The position numbers and the translations under genes were made by a program. This document shows, in pieces, positions 9,990 to 18,414 of a stretch of 64,000 bases of DNA. The notes beneath the pieces were generated by a model that made no database searches, was not told the DNA's origin, and saw only the letters and a program-made list of their open reading frames with translations. Source of the stretch: an uncultured Actinomycetota bacterium (GTDB taxonomy: Bacteria > Actinomycetota > Actinomycetes > Streptosporangiales > Streptosporangiaceae); NCBI GenBank assembly GCA_963730265.1, contig CAVSRG010000002.1, forward strand, positions 377,884 through 441,883. Reading direction: 5' to 3'. How positions within the stretch are numbered: the stretch's first letter is position 1; each line of letters opens with the position of its first letter.

Positions 9990-10996
9990 GTGACCGCCGT
10001 CAGTGATTCCAGGACCGCCGATTCCATGACCGCCGAGGAGTTCGCGCGCCTGACCGAGCCGTTCCGGGCCGAGCTGCTCGCGCACTGCTACCGGATGCTC
10101 GGCTCGGTGCACGACGCCGAGGACCAGGTGCAGGAGACGATGGTCCGCGCCTGGCGCTCCTACGGCCAGTTCGAGGGCCGGTCTTCGCTGCGCACCTGGC
10201 TGTACCGGATCGCCACCAATGCCTGCCTGCGGGCCATCGAGACCCCCGCCGGCGGCCGCTGCCCTCGGGCCTCGGCGCCCCGGCCGACCTAGGCGCTCCG
10301 CTGAGCGCGGAGCACTCCGAGGTCGGCTGGCTGGAGCCGATCCCCGACGCCCTGTTCGCGGTCGCGGCCGCCGACCCGGCTCAGGTGGCGGTGTCCCGGC
10401 AGAGCATGCGGCTGGCCCTGGTCGCGGCGCTCCAGTACCTGCCCGGCCGGCAGCGGGCGGTGCTGATCCTGCGCGACGTACTGGGCTGGCGGGCGGCCGA
10501 GGTGGCCGACCTGCTGGGCGTGACCACGGTGGCGGTGAACAGCCTGCTGCAGCGGGCCCGGGCTCAGCTGGGCGAGGCGGTCCCGGCCGAGAGCGAGATC
10601 CGCGAGCCGGACCACGGGCAGGAGCGGGTGCTGCTCGACCGGTACGCCGCGGCGTTCGAGACCGCGGACGTGGCCGGGCTGCTGCGGCTGCTGCGGGCGG
10701 ACGCCGGGTTCGAGATGCCGCCGCAGCCGACCTGGTTCACCGGCCGCGGCGCCATCGGCCGGTTCCTGGCCGATGTGGTCCTGACCGAGCCGGGCCGGTT
10801 CCTGATGCGGCCGGTCGCGGCCAACGGCCAGCCCGCCCTGGCCGGCTACCTGCGCGACCGCGACGGCGTCTACCGGGCCCACGCGATCCAGGTGATCACC
10901 GTGTCCGGCCCGCTCATCAGCCATGTCGTGTCGTTCAACGACCCCGGCCTGCTTGGCGTCTTCGGGCTGCCGCCGGTGCTGGGCCGGGACGGCTGA
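9990..10996 (+). pseudogene. ECF-type sigma-70 factor with SnoaL-like C-terminal domain (SigG-like), frameshifted
   Basis: Region 2 ([39 protein letters not shown]) is in ORF 9990..10292. Region 4 and the C-terminal domain (LPGRQRAVLILRDVLGWRAAEVADLLG...) are in ORF 10385..10996. Reading the second frame upstream gives [12 protein letters not shown]...WLEPIPDAL, which joins at the C5 run 10243-10247. Confidence 0.85.
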
Positions 10997-11144
10997 GCGG
11001 GGTCGGCAGAAACGGCCCCTTGTTTGCGAAGCTGTTGGCGATGCTGTTGGCGATGCGCCTTTTGGTTGTAACACCGGCGGTAAAAGGCGTGGATCTGGTC
11101 TTATAACCTGATGTTGCATGGGCGGCTGACCGAGGGGACTCAGC

Positions 11145-11966
11145 GTGGCCGAATCTGACACCGTTCCATCAGGCATTGACGTGTCGGTGCCGAACGTGGC
11201 GCGAATCTATGACTACCTGCTGGGCGGCAAGGACAACTTCGCGGCCGACCGGGAGTCCGCCGCTCTGGCGCTGCGCGCCGTTCCGCAGATGCGCTCGCTG
11301 GCGCTGGAGAACCGGCGGTTCCTGAGCCGGGCCGTGCGGTTCTGCGCCGAGGCGGGCGTGCGGCAGTTCATCGACGTCGGCGCGGGGCTGCCGACTCAGG
11401 ACAACGTGCACCAGGTGGCGCAGCGGGCCGACCCCGACGCGCGCGTGGTGTACGCGGACAACGACGCCGTGGTGGTGAGCCACGGCCGGGCGCTGCTGAC
11501 CGAGGACCGGCAGACGGCCGTGATCCGCGGCGACCTGCTGGCGCCCGAGGAGATGCTGGACAACCCGGAGCTGCGGGCGCTCATCGACCTCGACCAGCCC
11601 GTCGTGCTGCTGCTGGTGGCGTTGCTGCACTTCATTCCCGTCGAGTTCGGGCCCGAGGCCTGCGTGGCCCGGCTGCGCGATGCGGTGGCGCCGGGCAGCT
11701 ACCTGGTCGTCTCGCACTCGGAGGTGGCGCCCGAGCACGCGGTCGGAACCACGCCGCTGTCCGAGGAGACGCGCCTGCTCGGGCAGGCCTACAACCGGCC
11801 GATGGGCCCGGTGCGGAGCCGGGCGGAGATCGCCGAGTTCTTCGGTGACTGGGAAGTGCTCGAGCCCGGCGTGACGGAGGTGTGGAACTGGCGGCCCGAG
11901 GGGGAGTCGTTCGTCAGTCCCAGTTCCATCGTGTCTATGGTCGGCGCGGTCGGCCGCAAGCGCTGA
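11145..11966 (+). CDS. SAM-dependent methyltransferase, DUF574 family
   Basis: 273-aa ORF with NVARIYDYLLGGKDNF, FIDVGAGLPT, VVYADND, LLLVALLHF and C-terminal VGAVGRKR. Confidence 0.9.
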   Translation: MAESDTVPSGIDVSVPNVARIYDYLLGGKDNFAADRESAALALRAVPQMRSLALENRRFLSRAVRFCAEAGVRQFIDVGAGLPTQDNVHQVAQRADPDARVVYADNDAVVVSHGRALLTEDRQTAVIRGDLLAPEEMLDNPELRALIDLDQPVVLLLVALLHFIPVEFGPEACVARLRDAVAPGSYLVVSHSEVAPEHAVGTTPLSEETRLLGQAYNRPMGPVRSRAEIAEFFGDWEVLEPGVTEVWNWRPEGESFVSPSSIVSMVGAVGRKR

Positions 11967-12030
11967 ACGACCCGAGAGCTGAACAGCGGAAGGCCGGCCC
12001 CGCGCGGGGCAGGCCTCCGCCGCGCTCAGG

Positions 12031-13242
12031 TCAGCCGGCGATGACGTTCCAGCCGGGGCCGATGAAGATCATGCCCTGGGGCTCGAACGCCGGGCCGCTG
12101 TGCTGGACCTTGGTGATGTGGCCGGTCCACGGGTTCAGCGAGCCCAGGTAGTTGGGCGGGAAGCCGGGGCCCGGGCAGGTGGCCGGGGCGCCGTTGGCGT
12201 CGCAGGGCGTGACCGCGACGTAGATCGAGTGAGCCGGGAACTTCCCGGTGACCGTCTCGATGGTGTCGCCGCTGGTGTCGGCGCCGTAGAGCACCCCGTG
12301 CGAGCTGCGAGCCCACGCGGTGTCGTCGACAGACTGGGACAGCCGGAGCACGGACAGCCGCGGGTCGTGCCCGTGGCCGCGCCCGGCCTGGACGAAGATC
12401 TGCTCCTTGTCGCCCTGGCTGGTCAGCATGAAGTCGCCGCCGAACCGGGACGCGAAGGCCGGCACGTTCTCGTTCGAGTCGGGGTCGGTCAGGGCCAGCT
12501 TGACGACCTTGCCGTGGTCCGAGCCGAGGTTGGCCACCGTGGCCTTGGACTCGTCGTAGAACAGGGGCTTGACCGTGGCCACGTGGCTGGAGCCGTCGAA
12601 GGTCACCGCGTACACGGCGGGGTAGCTGGGCTGCGGGGCCGCCTTGCCCGTCGTGCCCGGCGCCGAGGCGCTGACCAGTACCTGGCCGTCGGTGATCGAG
12701 ATGGCGTCGGTGCCGCCCTGGCTGGGCAGCGGCACGTTGTAGGCGTAGTGCTTCACCTGCGCCGGGGCCGCGGCGCTGGGCGTGATGGTGTAGATGCTGG
12801 AGTGCGCGTCCTCGTTGACCGTGGCGATCAGCTCGTGGCGGGCGGTGTCGGCGGTGATGCCGTCGCACTTGCCCTTGATGTCCCACTGGCGGACGACGTG
12901 CCCGGTGGCGGTGAACTCGACCACCGTGCTCAGCGTGTTGCCGTCGGTGCTGGGCTGGCCCTGAGGGCCGACGCCGTTCTGGAACGCGGTGAAGATGTCG
13001 TGGCCCAGGACGGTCAGGTCGTCGGGGCTGGACAGCGCCTCGGTCTTGCGGGTCTTGCTGCCCACCGTGGTGTAGCGGTGGTGCAGCTTCGCGCCGTTCA
13101 GGATCTGCCGCACCCGGAACGCGGGTGCATGGCCATGAGCCGGTGCGGCCGTGGCCGCCGTCCCGCCGGCGATCAGGAAACTCGCCGAGACCACGGTTGC
13201 CGCGGCCAGGATCTTCGCGGCACGGCCGGTCGTCTTCCCCAT
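12031..13242 (-). CDS. Secreted hypothetical protein (repeat/propeller-like)
   Basis: Lies in ORF 12031..13344, with the ATG at 13242 preceded by GGAAGGGG. Signal peptide: MGKTTGRAAKILAAATVVSASFLIAGGTAATAAPA. Codon usage is typical of the host. I recognised no diagnostic motif. Confidence 0.7.
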   Translation of the reverse strand: MGKTTGRAAKILAAATVVSASFLIAGGTAATAAPAHGHAPAFRVRQILNGAKLHHRYTTVGSKTRKTEALSSPDDLTVLGHDIFTAFQNGVGPQGQPSTDGNTLSTVVEFTATGHVVRQWDIKGKCDGITADTARHELIATVNEDAHSSIYTITPSAAAPAQVKHYAYNVPLPSQGGTDAISITDGQVLVSASAPGTTGKAAPQPSYPAVYAVTFDGSSHVATVKPLFYDESKATVANLGSDHGKVVKLALTDPDSNENVPAFASRFGGDFMLTSQGDKEQIFVQAGRGHGHDPRLSVLRLSQSVDDTAWARSSHGVLYGADTSGDTIETVTGKFPAHSIYVAVTPCDANGAPATCPGPGFPPNYLGSLNPWTGHITKVQHSGPAFEPQGMIFIGPGWNVIAG

Positions 13243-13446
13243 GAGGCCCCTTCCGATTGCGGATACCTTTCTACAATCCAGTAGTAGTCTGAGCGGCTGG
13301 CCTGCAATCGACTGCAACCAGGCCAGCGGGTGTACTGATGGCAAAGGAAGGGTCAGGGCAGCCGGATTTACCCCGGTCAGCAGCCGCCGGCGCGGCTCAG
13401 CGGCGGTCGGGCGGGCTTAGCGGCGCTTCAGGCTGCCGATGCCGAG

Positions 13447-13962
13447 TCAGCCGGCCGCGGCCTGCTGCTCGGCGGCGCGCACGTAGGCGGCCGGGTCCTT
13501 GTCCACCACGGGCACGCCGGCGTAGTGCCGGGCCTCGAAGGCGGTGAAGGCCACGGCCAGGTCGTGCCGGAGCTGGAGGCTGGCCAGGCGCCGGAAGTCG
13601 GTCAGCCCCTCGCGCTCCTCCTCGGCCATGTGATCCCCGTTGGCCACGTTCACCGCGGCCACCGCGGCGAACCACGGCCCGCTGCCGACTTCGTCACCGG
13701 GCACCGCGAGGATGGCGTCGCGGATGTCGTTGTGGTCGTGGATGGCGTCGAGGGTCTCCGGCTCGGCCGCGGTCGAGCCCACCCGCAGCAGTTGCGGGTA
13801 GAAGATCTCCTCCTCGGCGGCGGCGTGCAGCTCCAGGAATACCGCCAGCCGCGCCCACAACGCGCCCAGCGTGCCCGTGTCGGACCGGTCGATCTGCTCC
13901 AGGATGGAGAACAGCCGGCGCTGCTCGTGATGGTCATCGAGGATCAGCTGGGTAATGTCCAC
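13447..13962 (-). CDS. Hemerythrin (HHE cation-binding) domain protein
   Basis: 171-aa ORF with His/Glu ligand motifs: LDDHHEQRRLF, HAAAEEEIFYP, HDHNDIRD, GDHMAEEE. Confidence 0.85.
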   Translation of the reverse strand: MDITQLILDDHHEQRRLFSILEQIDRSDTGTLGALWARLAVFLELHAAAEEEIFYPQLLRVGSTAAEPETLDAIHDHNDIRDAILAVPGDEVGSGPWFAAVAAVNVANGDHMAEEEREGLTDFRRLASLQLRHDLAVAFTAFEARHYAGVPVVDKDPAAYVRAAEQQAAAG

Positions 13963-13996
13963 GGTCCCTCATGCTAGGACCTGGCCCGGCTCCGCC

Positions 13997-14362
13997 TCAG
14001 GGCACCGCGGTGAAGAACTCGTAGGCGATCCCGTCGGGGTCGCGGATGTACACCCCGCGGCCGCCGCCGAGGTGGTTGATCTGCCGGTCGGACTGCCGTG
14101 GCCCGGACCCCCAGGACAGGTCGGAGCCCTCGGCCAGGCCGAGCGCGCGGTCGAAGGTGGCGTCGTCGACCAGGAAGGCGTAGTGACCGGGCCGGGCGCC
14201 GAGACGCTCGTCGAAGTCGAAGGTCAGGTCGTCGTTGATCCGCACGGGCACGAACGGCCCGGCGGGCGGGCTCACCGGCAGGCCCAGCAGGTCGGCCAGG
14301 AGCTGGGCGCCGCGGTGCGCGTCGGCGACGGGCACGATGGTGTGGTTCAGGATGATCGTCAT
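13997..14362 (-). CDS. VOC (glyoxalase/bleomycin-resistance) family protein
   Basis: 121-aa ORF. It reads LNHTIVPV...HYAFLVDD...GVYIRDPDGIAYE, a typical VOC fold. Its start overlaps the upstream MarR stop (ATGA at 14359-14362). Confidence 0.8.
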   Translation of the reverse strand: MTIILNHTIVPVADAHRGAQLLADLLGLPVSPPAGPFVPVRINDDLTFDFDERLGARPGHYAFLVDDATFDRALGLAEGSDLSWGSGPRQSDRQINHLGGGRGVYIRDPDGIAYEFFTAVP

Positions 14363-14871
14363 GGGTGGCCTCCGGCGGTCGTGGTTTCTTCGGCCAGGCG
14401 CTGCAGGTAGCCCGCCAGCCGGCGGGCGTCGGCGGCCGGCCAGCCGGCCACGAGCCGGGCGAACACCTGGTCCTGCCAGGCACGGGCGGCGGCCAGCAGG
14501 TCCCGGCCCGCTGGCGTGATGGCCAGCTCGGTGCGGCGGGCGTCGCCGGGGTGCGAGGCCTTGGTGACCAGGCCGGCCGCGACCGCGCTGGCCAGCATCC
14601 GGCTGGCGTTGGACCGGTCCAGGCCGAGCTGGATGGCCACGTCGGCGATCGCGGCCGCGGAGCCCGGAGCGGCCCCGCCCGCGGCGTCGATGGCCTCGAG
14701 CACGAGGACGTGGCCGACGCGTGCGGCGTCACCGGCGCCCCGCGGCACCTGCCGGGCGGCGTCCGCCGCCCACCGCCGGGACCAGAACCGGACCAGCCGG
14801 AACAGCGCGGGGCCGCCGCCGGTCAGCCCGGCCGGGGCGACGGCTGGAGTAGCCGGATTATCCGTGCGCAT
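14359..14871 (-). CDS. MarR family transcriptional regulator
   Basis: Lies in ORF 14359..14898, with MRTDNP starting at 14871 (14898 is an alternative start). Winged-helix region: IADVAIQLGLDRSNASRMLASAVAAGLVTKASHPGDARRTELAITPAG. Confidence 0.85.
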   Translation of the reverse strand: MRTDNPATPAVAPAGLTGGGPALFRLVRFWSRRWAADAARQVPRGAGDAARVGHVLVLEAIDAAGGAAPGSAAAIADVAIQLGLDRSNASRMLASAVAAGLVTKASHPGDARRTELAITPAGRDLLAAARAWQDQVFARLVAGWPAADARRLAGYLQRLAEETTTAGGHP

Positions 14872-14898
14872 CGCACACATAGTACATGCGATGCGCAC
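14864..14898. promoter_or_regulatory. 12-bp perfect inverted repeat GTGCGCATCGCA-N11-TGCGATGCGCAC at the marR 5' end
   Basis: Read directly from the sequence. The arms are 14864-14875 and 14887-14898. The element overlaps both candidate marR start codons and lies 30 nt downstream of the DUF899 stop. It could be an operator or an intercistronic hairpin. Confidence 0.35.
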
Positions 14899-14928
14899 GG
14901 AATTTCCACCGGGGCGGTGAGCCGCCCG

Positions 14929-15696
14929 CTACTGCGCCGGGCCGGGCTGGATCTCGACGCCCGCGCCGCTGAGCTGGTCCGCCCACCCCTCCGCCAGCTC
15001 GGCCTCGCTGTACTCGTCGTGCCAGTTCCACCATCCGTACGGCTGGGTCTGCGGGTAGCCCTCGGGCGAGTCCTCCCAGTCCTCCTGCCGCCCCAGTGCG
15101 GTGATGTCGAGGTAGCTCCAGGTGCTCCCCATCGCCTCGTCACCCCGGCTGCTGACGAAGTACGTGCGGAACACCCGGTCGCCATCGCGGATGAACGCGT
15201 TCGTGCCGTGCCACTCGTCGACCCCGAAGTCGGCGTCGAAGTCGTCGGTCATCGTGTACCAGGGCATCGTCCAGCCCATCCGCTGCTTCACCCGGGCGAT
15301 GTCCGGCTGCGGCGCGCGCGAGGCGAAGACCAGCGTGGTGTCCCTGGCGTTGAGGTGCGCGACGTGGGCGACCTGATCGGCCACCAGCGAGCAGCCGCGG
15401 CAGGCGTGGTCGGGCCAGCCGAACACGCCGGGCTCGAAGAACGCGCGGTAGACGACGAGCTGGCGCCGCCCGGCGAACAGGTCGGTCAGGCTGGCCGGAC
15501 CATCGGGCCCCTCGAACTGGTAGGCCTTCCCCACCTCGGTCCACGGCATCCGCCGGCGCTGCGCCGCCATCGCGTCCCTCGCCCTGGTCAGCTCCTTCTC
15601 CTTGACCAGCAGCTTCTCGCGCGCGGCCGCCCACTCCGCGGCCGAGACGATCGGCGGCGCTTTCATTTTGGTGCTGGTGAACGCGTGCTCAGCCAT
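14929..15696 (-). CDS. DUF899 domain (thioredoxin-like) protein
   Basis: 255-aa ORF with GGGAGGA 7 nt upstream of the ATG. Family-typical blocks: KELTRARDAMAAQRRRMPW, LVVYRAFFEPG, CRGCSL, FIRDGDRVFRTY. Confidence 0.85.
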   Translation of the reverse strand: MAEHAFTSTKMKAPPIVSAAEWAAAREKLLVKEKELTRARDAMAAQRRRMPWTEVGKAYQFEGPDGPASLTDLFAGRRQLVVYRAFFEPGVFGWPDHACRGCSLVADQVAHVAHLNARDTTLVFASRAPQPDIARVKQRMGWTMPWYTMTDDFDADFGVDEWHGTNAFIRDGDRVFRTYFVSSRGDEAMGSTWSYLDITALGRQEDWEDSPEGYPQTQPYGWWNWHDEYSEAELAEGWADQLSGAGVEIQPGPAQ

Positions 15697-15714
15697 GATG
15701 TCCTCCCGTATATA

Positions 15715-15755
15715 GCAACTAGCCAGTTGCCACTTTATGGCAACTGGCTAGTTGC
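15715..15755. promoter_or_regulatory. Tandem dyad operator candidate: 17-bp perfect inverted repeat made of two GCAACT-N4-AGTTGC sites
   Basis: GCAACTAGCCAGTTGCC (15715-15731), 7-nt spacer, then GGCAACTGGCTAGTTGC (15739-15755). Each arm is itself a 6+6 dyad. On the coding (minus) strand the spacer reads ATAAAGT, which is -10-like. The element ends 18 nt upstream of the DUF899 ATG. Confidence 0.5.
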
Positions 15756-15799
15756 GTCAACGCGGCGGCGGCAGCGGCGGCGACAGCCACGGCAAGGCG

Positions 15800-16558
15800 C
15801 TAGGCGAACTCCAGGAGCGGGCTGGTGACCGCCTCGCGCCAGCGCTCCCGGTGCCCGTCCGCCTCGAGCCGGTAGTAGACCGTCTGCCGCGGCCCGGCCT
15901 CCGCCGGACCGTCGTGCCCGCCGATGTTGTGGGCGAGCAGGTAATGGGCGAACAGCACGCTTCCCGCCGGCCCCGTCGCCTGCACCGGATCGCCCAGCTC
16001 GACGTCCGGGTACGGGCCGGGCCGCATCTCCTCGACCCGGCTGAGCGCGTCGGCGCCGCGTTCGGCCAGGTAGGCGCCGAACCGCAGGTGGGTGCCCGGC
16101 CAGATCCACAGGTTGCCCTGGTGCGGCCGGCTCTGCTCGGTCAGCCATATCCCGGCTAGCAGCGAGAACGTGCCCGGCCGCCCGTCGGGGGGCGTCGGCG
16201 TCAGCCCGTCCACGTGCGGGCCGCCGGGTCGGTGCGGCCACGGCGGGATGGTCGTGGCCAGCTGGGCGAAGTCCGGCTCCCGCACCGGCAGGTCGGGCCG
16301 CAGCAGCCCGGCGGCCAGCCGCTCGATGCCGCTCTCCCGGTAGAAGTCCAGCAGCGGATGGCCGACCGGCCCGAACCGCGGCCACAGGAAGTACGGCCCG
16401 GTCAGCTCGGCCCCCGGCGGCTCGGCCGCCAGCAGCGCGGCGACGTGCTCCCGGCCCGCCGCCAGCCGCGCGTCGTCCAGCACGCCCGGGATGACGACGA
16501 AGCCCTGCTCGCGGAACGCCGCCCGGTACTGCTCGGTGATCTCGGTGATGGTCGCCAT
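15800..16558 (-). CDS. Phytanoyl-CoA dioxygenase (PhyH) family Fe(II)/2-oxoglutarate oxygenase
   Basis: Lies in ORF 15800..16594, with MATITEITEQYR starting at 16558. It has GFVVIPGVL, an HxD motif (GGPHVDG) and a distal His (LLAHNIGGH). Confidence 0.7.
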   Translation of the reverse strand: MATITEITEQYRAAFREQGFVVIPGVLDDARLAAGREHVAALLAAEPPGAELTGPYFLWPRFGPVGHPLLDFYRESGIERLAAGLLRPDLPVREPDFAQLATTIPPWPHRPGGPHVDGLTPTPPDGRPGTFSLLAGIWLTEQSRPHQGNLWIWPGTHLRFGAYLAERGADALSRVEEMRPGPYPDVELGDPVQATGPAGSVLFAHYLLAHNIGGHDGPAEAGPRQTVYYRLEADGHRERWREAVTSPLLEFA

Positions 16559-16733
16559 GCCGCTCAGCCCAGCAGCGCCCGGCCGGCCGGGCAACCCAAT
16601 TTCCGCCCGGCCGGGATACAGTGCTGGCGTGCCGACCGTGACTCGCAGCTCGCCTGGTTCCCGGCGCCGCGACGGCGCCGGGCTGACCGCGGGTGCGGCA
16701 CGGGGCCGAAGGTCGGGTTCGAGCCACCGGTAG

Positions 16734-17561
16734 GTGGCTGGCGGTCAAGCCCGGCCGACCGGGGGCTCCTTTGTTAAGGATGCTCCTTGTCTTGCGCCTG
16801 AATCCTGCCTGCGCGCCCCGGGCCGACTGACGCCATCTGCCCCGCCCTGCTCCCCGGTCCTGGTCGGCCTGCTCGGCGCGGTCGAGGTCGTCCCGCTGGT
16901 CATCTTCGGCCTGTACGGCGGGGTGCTCGCCGACCGGCTCGACCGACGGCGGCTGGCCGTCTGGACCGAGGCCGGCCTGGGCCTGACGGCGGTGGCGCTG
17001 ACCGTGAACGCCGCCGGGCCCCGGCCGTTGCTGTGGCCGCTGTACGCCTGCGCCGCGGCCACCATGGCGCTGGCCGCGCTCCAGCGGCCCTCGCTCGACG
17101 CGGCCGTCCCGCGCCTGCTGCCCGAGGATCGGCTGGCGTCCGGGTCGGCGCTGCTGTCGCTGGGCGCCAGCACGGGGGCGATCGCCGGGCCCGCGATCGG
17201 CGGCGTGCTGGCCGCCGGGCCGGGACCGGCTACCGCCTACGGGCTCGACGCGGTCAGCTTCGGTGTCTCGGTGGCGCTGCTGCTGCGGCTGCGGCCGCTG
17301 CCCCGGCCGACCGACCAGGACCAGGCCGACCAAGAACAGGCCCGCGTGCCCCGGCTGAGCGGCATCCTGGCCGGGCTGCGCTACGCGCGCGGCCGGCCCG
17401 ACCTGCTGGGCTCTTACCTGGCCGACCTGGCCGACCTGGCCGCCATGCTGCTGGCCTACGGCCTGGCCTGCGTGGCCGCCGTCGGCCTGACCTGCCTGAC
17501 GCTGCCAGGGTTCCGCACCCAGGACGCGAAGGCGCCTACGATCCAGAACCGTGGCCGATGA
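16734..17561 (+). pseudogene. MFS transporter (EntS/MFS_3-like) remnant with degenerate N-terminus and large internal deletion
   Basis: The ORF carries VGLLGAVEVVPLVIFGLYGGVLADRLDRRRL and following TM helices, as in MFS_3 exporters. About 50-60 N-terminal codons are unrecognisable. The text jumps from the TM7 start (DLLGSYLADL) to a C-terminal-helix-like end (GLACVAAVGLTCLTLPGFR). Only ~230 of the expected ~420 aa are present. Confidence 0.6.
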
Positions 17562-18399
17562 TGACCCGTGGCCGCCGATGCTGTGGATCGGCGGCGCGCC
17601 AGGGGCGGGCAAGTCCACCCTGGCCTGGCACCTGTCCCGGACCTGGGACCTCCCGCTGCACCCAGTCGACCTGTGGTCCTACGACCACCAGGCCCGACTC
17701 CCGGCGCGGGAGTCGCTCGACGAGGAGCTGGCCCGCGGGCCCGAGGCAGCCGCGGACGCCTTCGAGGCCGTCAGCCGCGCGCGGCTGGACCTGGTGCTGG
17801 CCGACATCGCCGCCCGCGACCTGGGCCCGGTGCCCGCGCTGGTCGAGGGGCCGCAGCTGTCACCGGATCTCGCCACCCGGCTGCCGACCGGCGGCGGCGT
17901 CTGGCTGGTGCCCGACCCCGATCGGACCCGGCTGGCCCGGCGGGAACGCCTGGCCAGGGCGGAGATGCTGGCTGGCCAGGCCACCGCCAGCCAGACCCGG
18001 GCCGAGGCCGTGCTGCGCCGCGACGCCATCCTGGCCGCGCGCACTCGCCGGGCCGCGGCCCAGGCTGGGCGGCCGGTCATCGAGGTGCCCCCGGCCCCGG
18101 ACTGGCCGTCCGTCGCGGCGGCCATCGAGGCCGCACTCGGCCCCGCGCTCCGGGCCGCCCCCCGGCTCGCCGCGGGCGCCGCCCTGAGCGATCAGCGCCG
18201 CCGCGAGAACGAGGCCGCCGTCCGCCAGGGCCGGCTGTGGACGCGGGACGCCGGCCTGGTCACCCGGCCGGCGTACCCGTTCGCGTGCGAGTGCGGGACC
18301 AGCGGGTGTCCGGCCACCAGGCGGGTCACCCCCGACGAGTACGAGGCGAGGGCGGCCAGCCGGGCCATGGTCCTGCACGAAGTCGGCCGGGGCCGGTAG
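17551..18399 (+). CDS. P-loop NTPase-like hypothetical protein
   Basis: 282-aa ORF with a Walker A motif (IGGAPGAGKSTLA) near the N-terminus and a C-terminal Cys cluster (FACECGTSGC). The start overlaps the MFS remnant by 11 nt. Confidence 0.65.
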   Translation: MADDDPWPPMLWIGGAPGAGKSTLAWHLSRTWDLPLHPVDLWSYDHQARLPARESLDEELARGPEAAADAFEAVSRARLDLVLADIAARDLGPVPALVEGPQLSPDLATRLPTGGGVWLVPDPDRTRLARRERLARAEMLAGQATASQTRAEAVLRRDAILAARTRRAAAQAGRPVIEVPPAPDWPSVAAAIEAALGPALRAAPRLAAGAALSDQRRRENEAAVRQGRLWTRDAGLVTRPAYPFACECGTSGCPATRRVTPDEYEARAASRAMVLHEVGRGR

Positions 18400-18414
18400 T
18401 GGCAAAATCGAGCC

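Noticed and set aside
10219-11106. A 295-aa ORF spanning the sigma-factor break, which could be taken as the real gene.
   Set aside because: Its translation is Arg/Gly/Pro junk. The two flanking frames carry sigma-70 region 2 and region 4 motifs.
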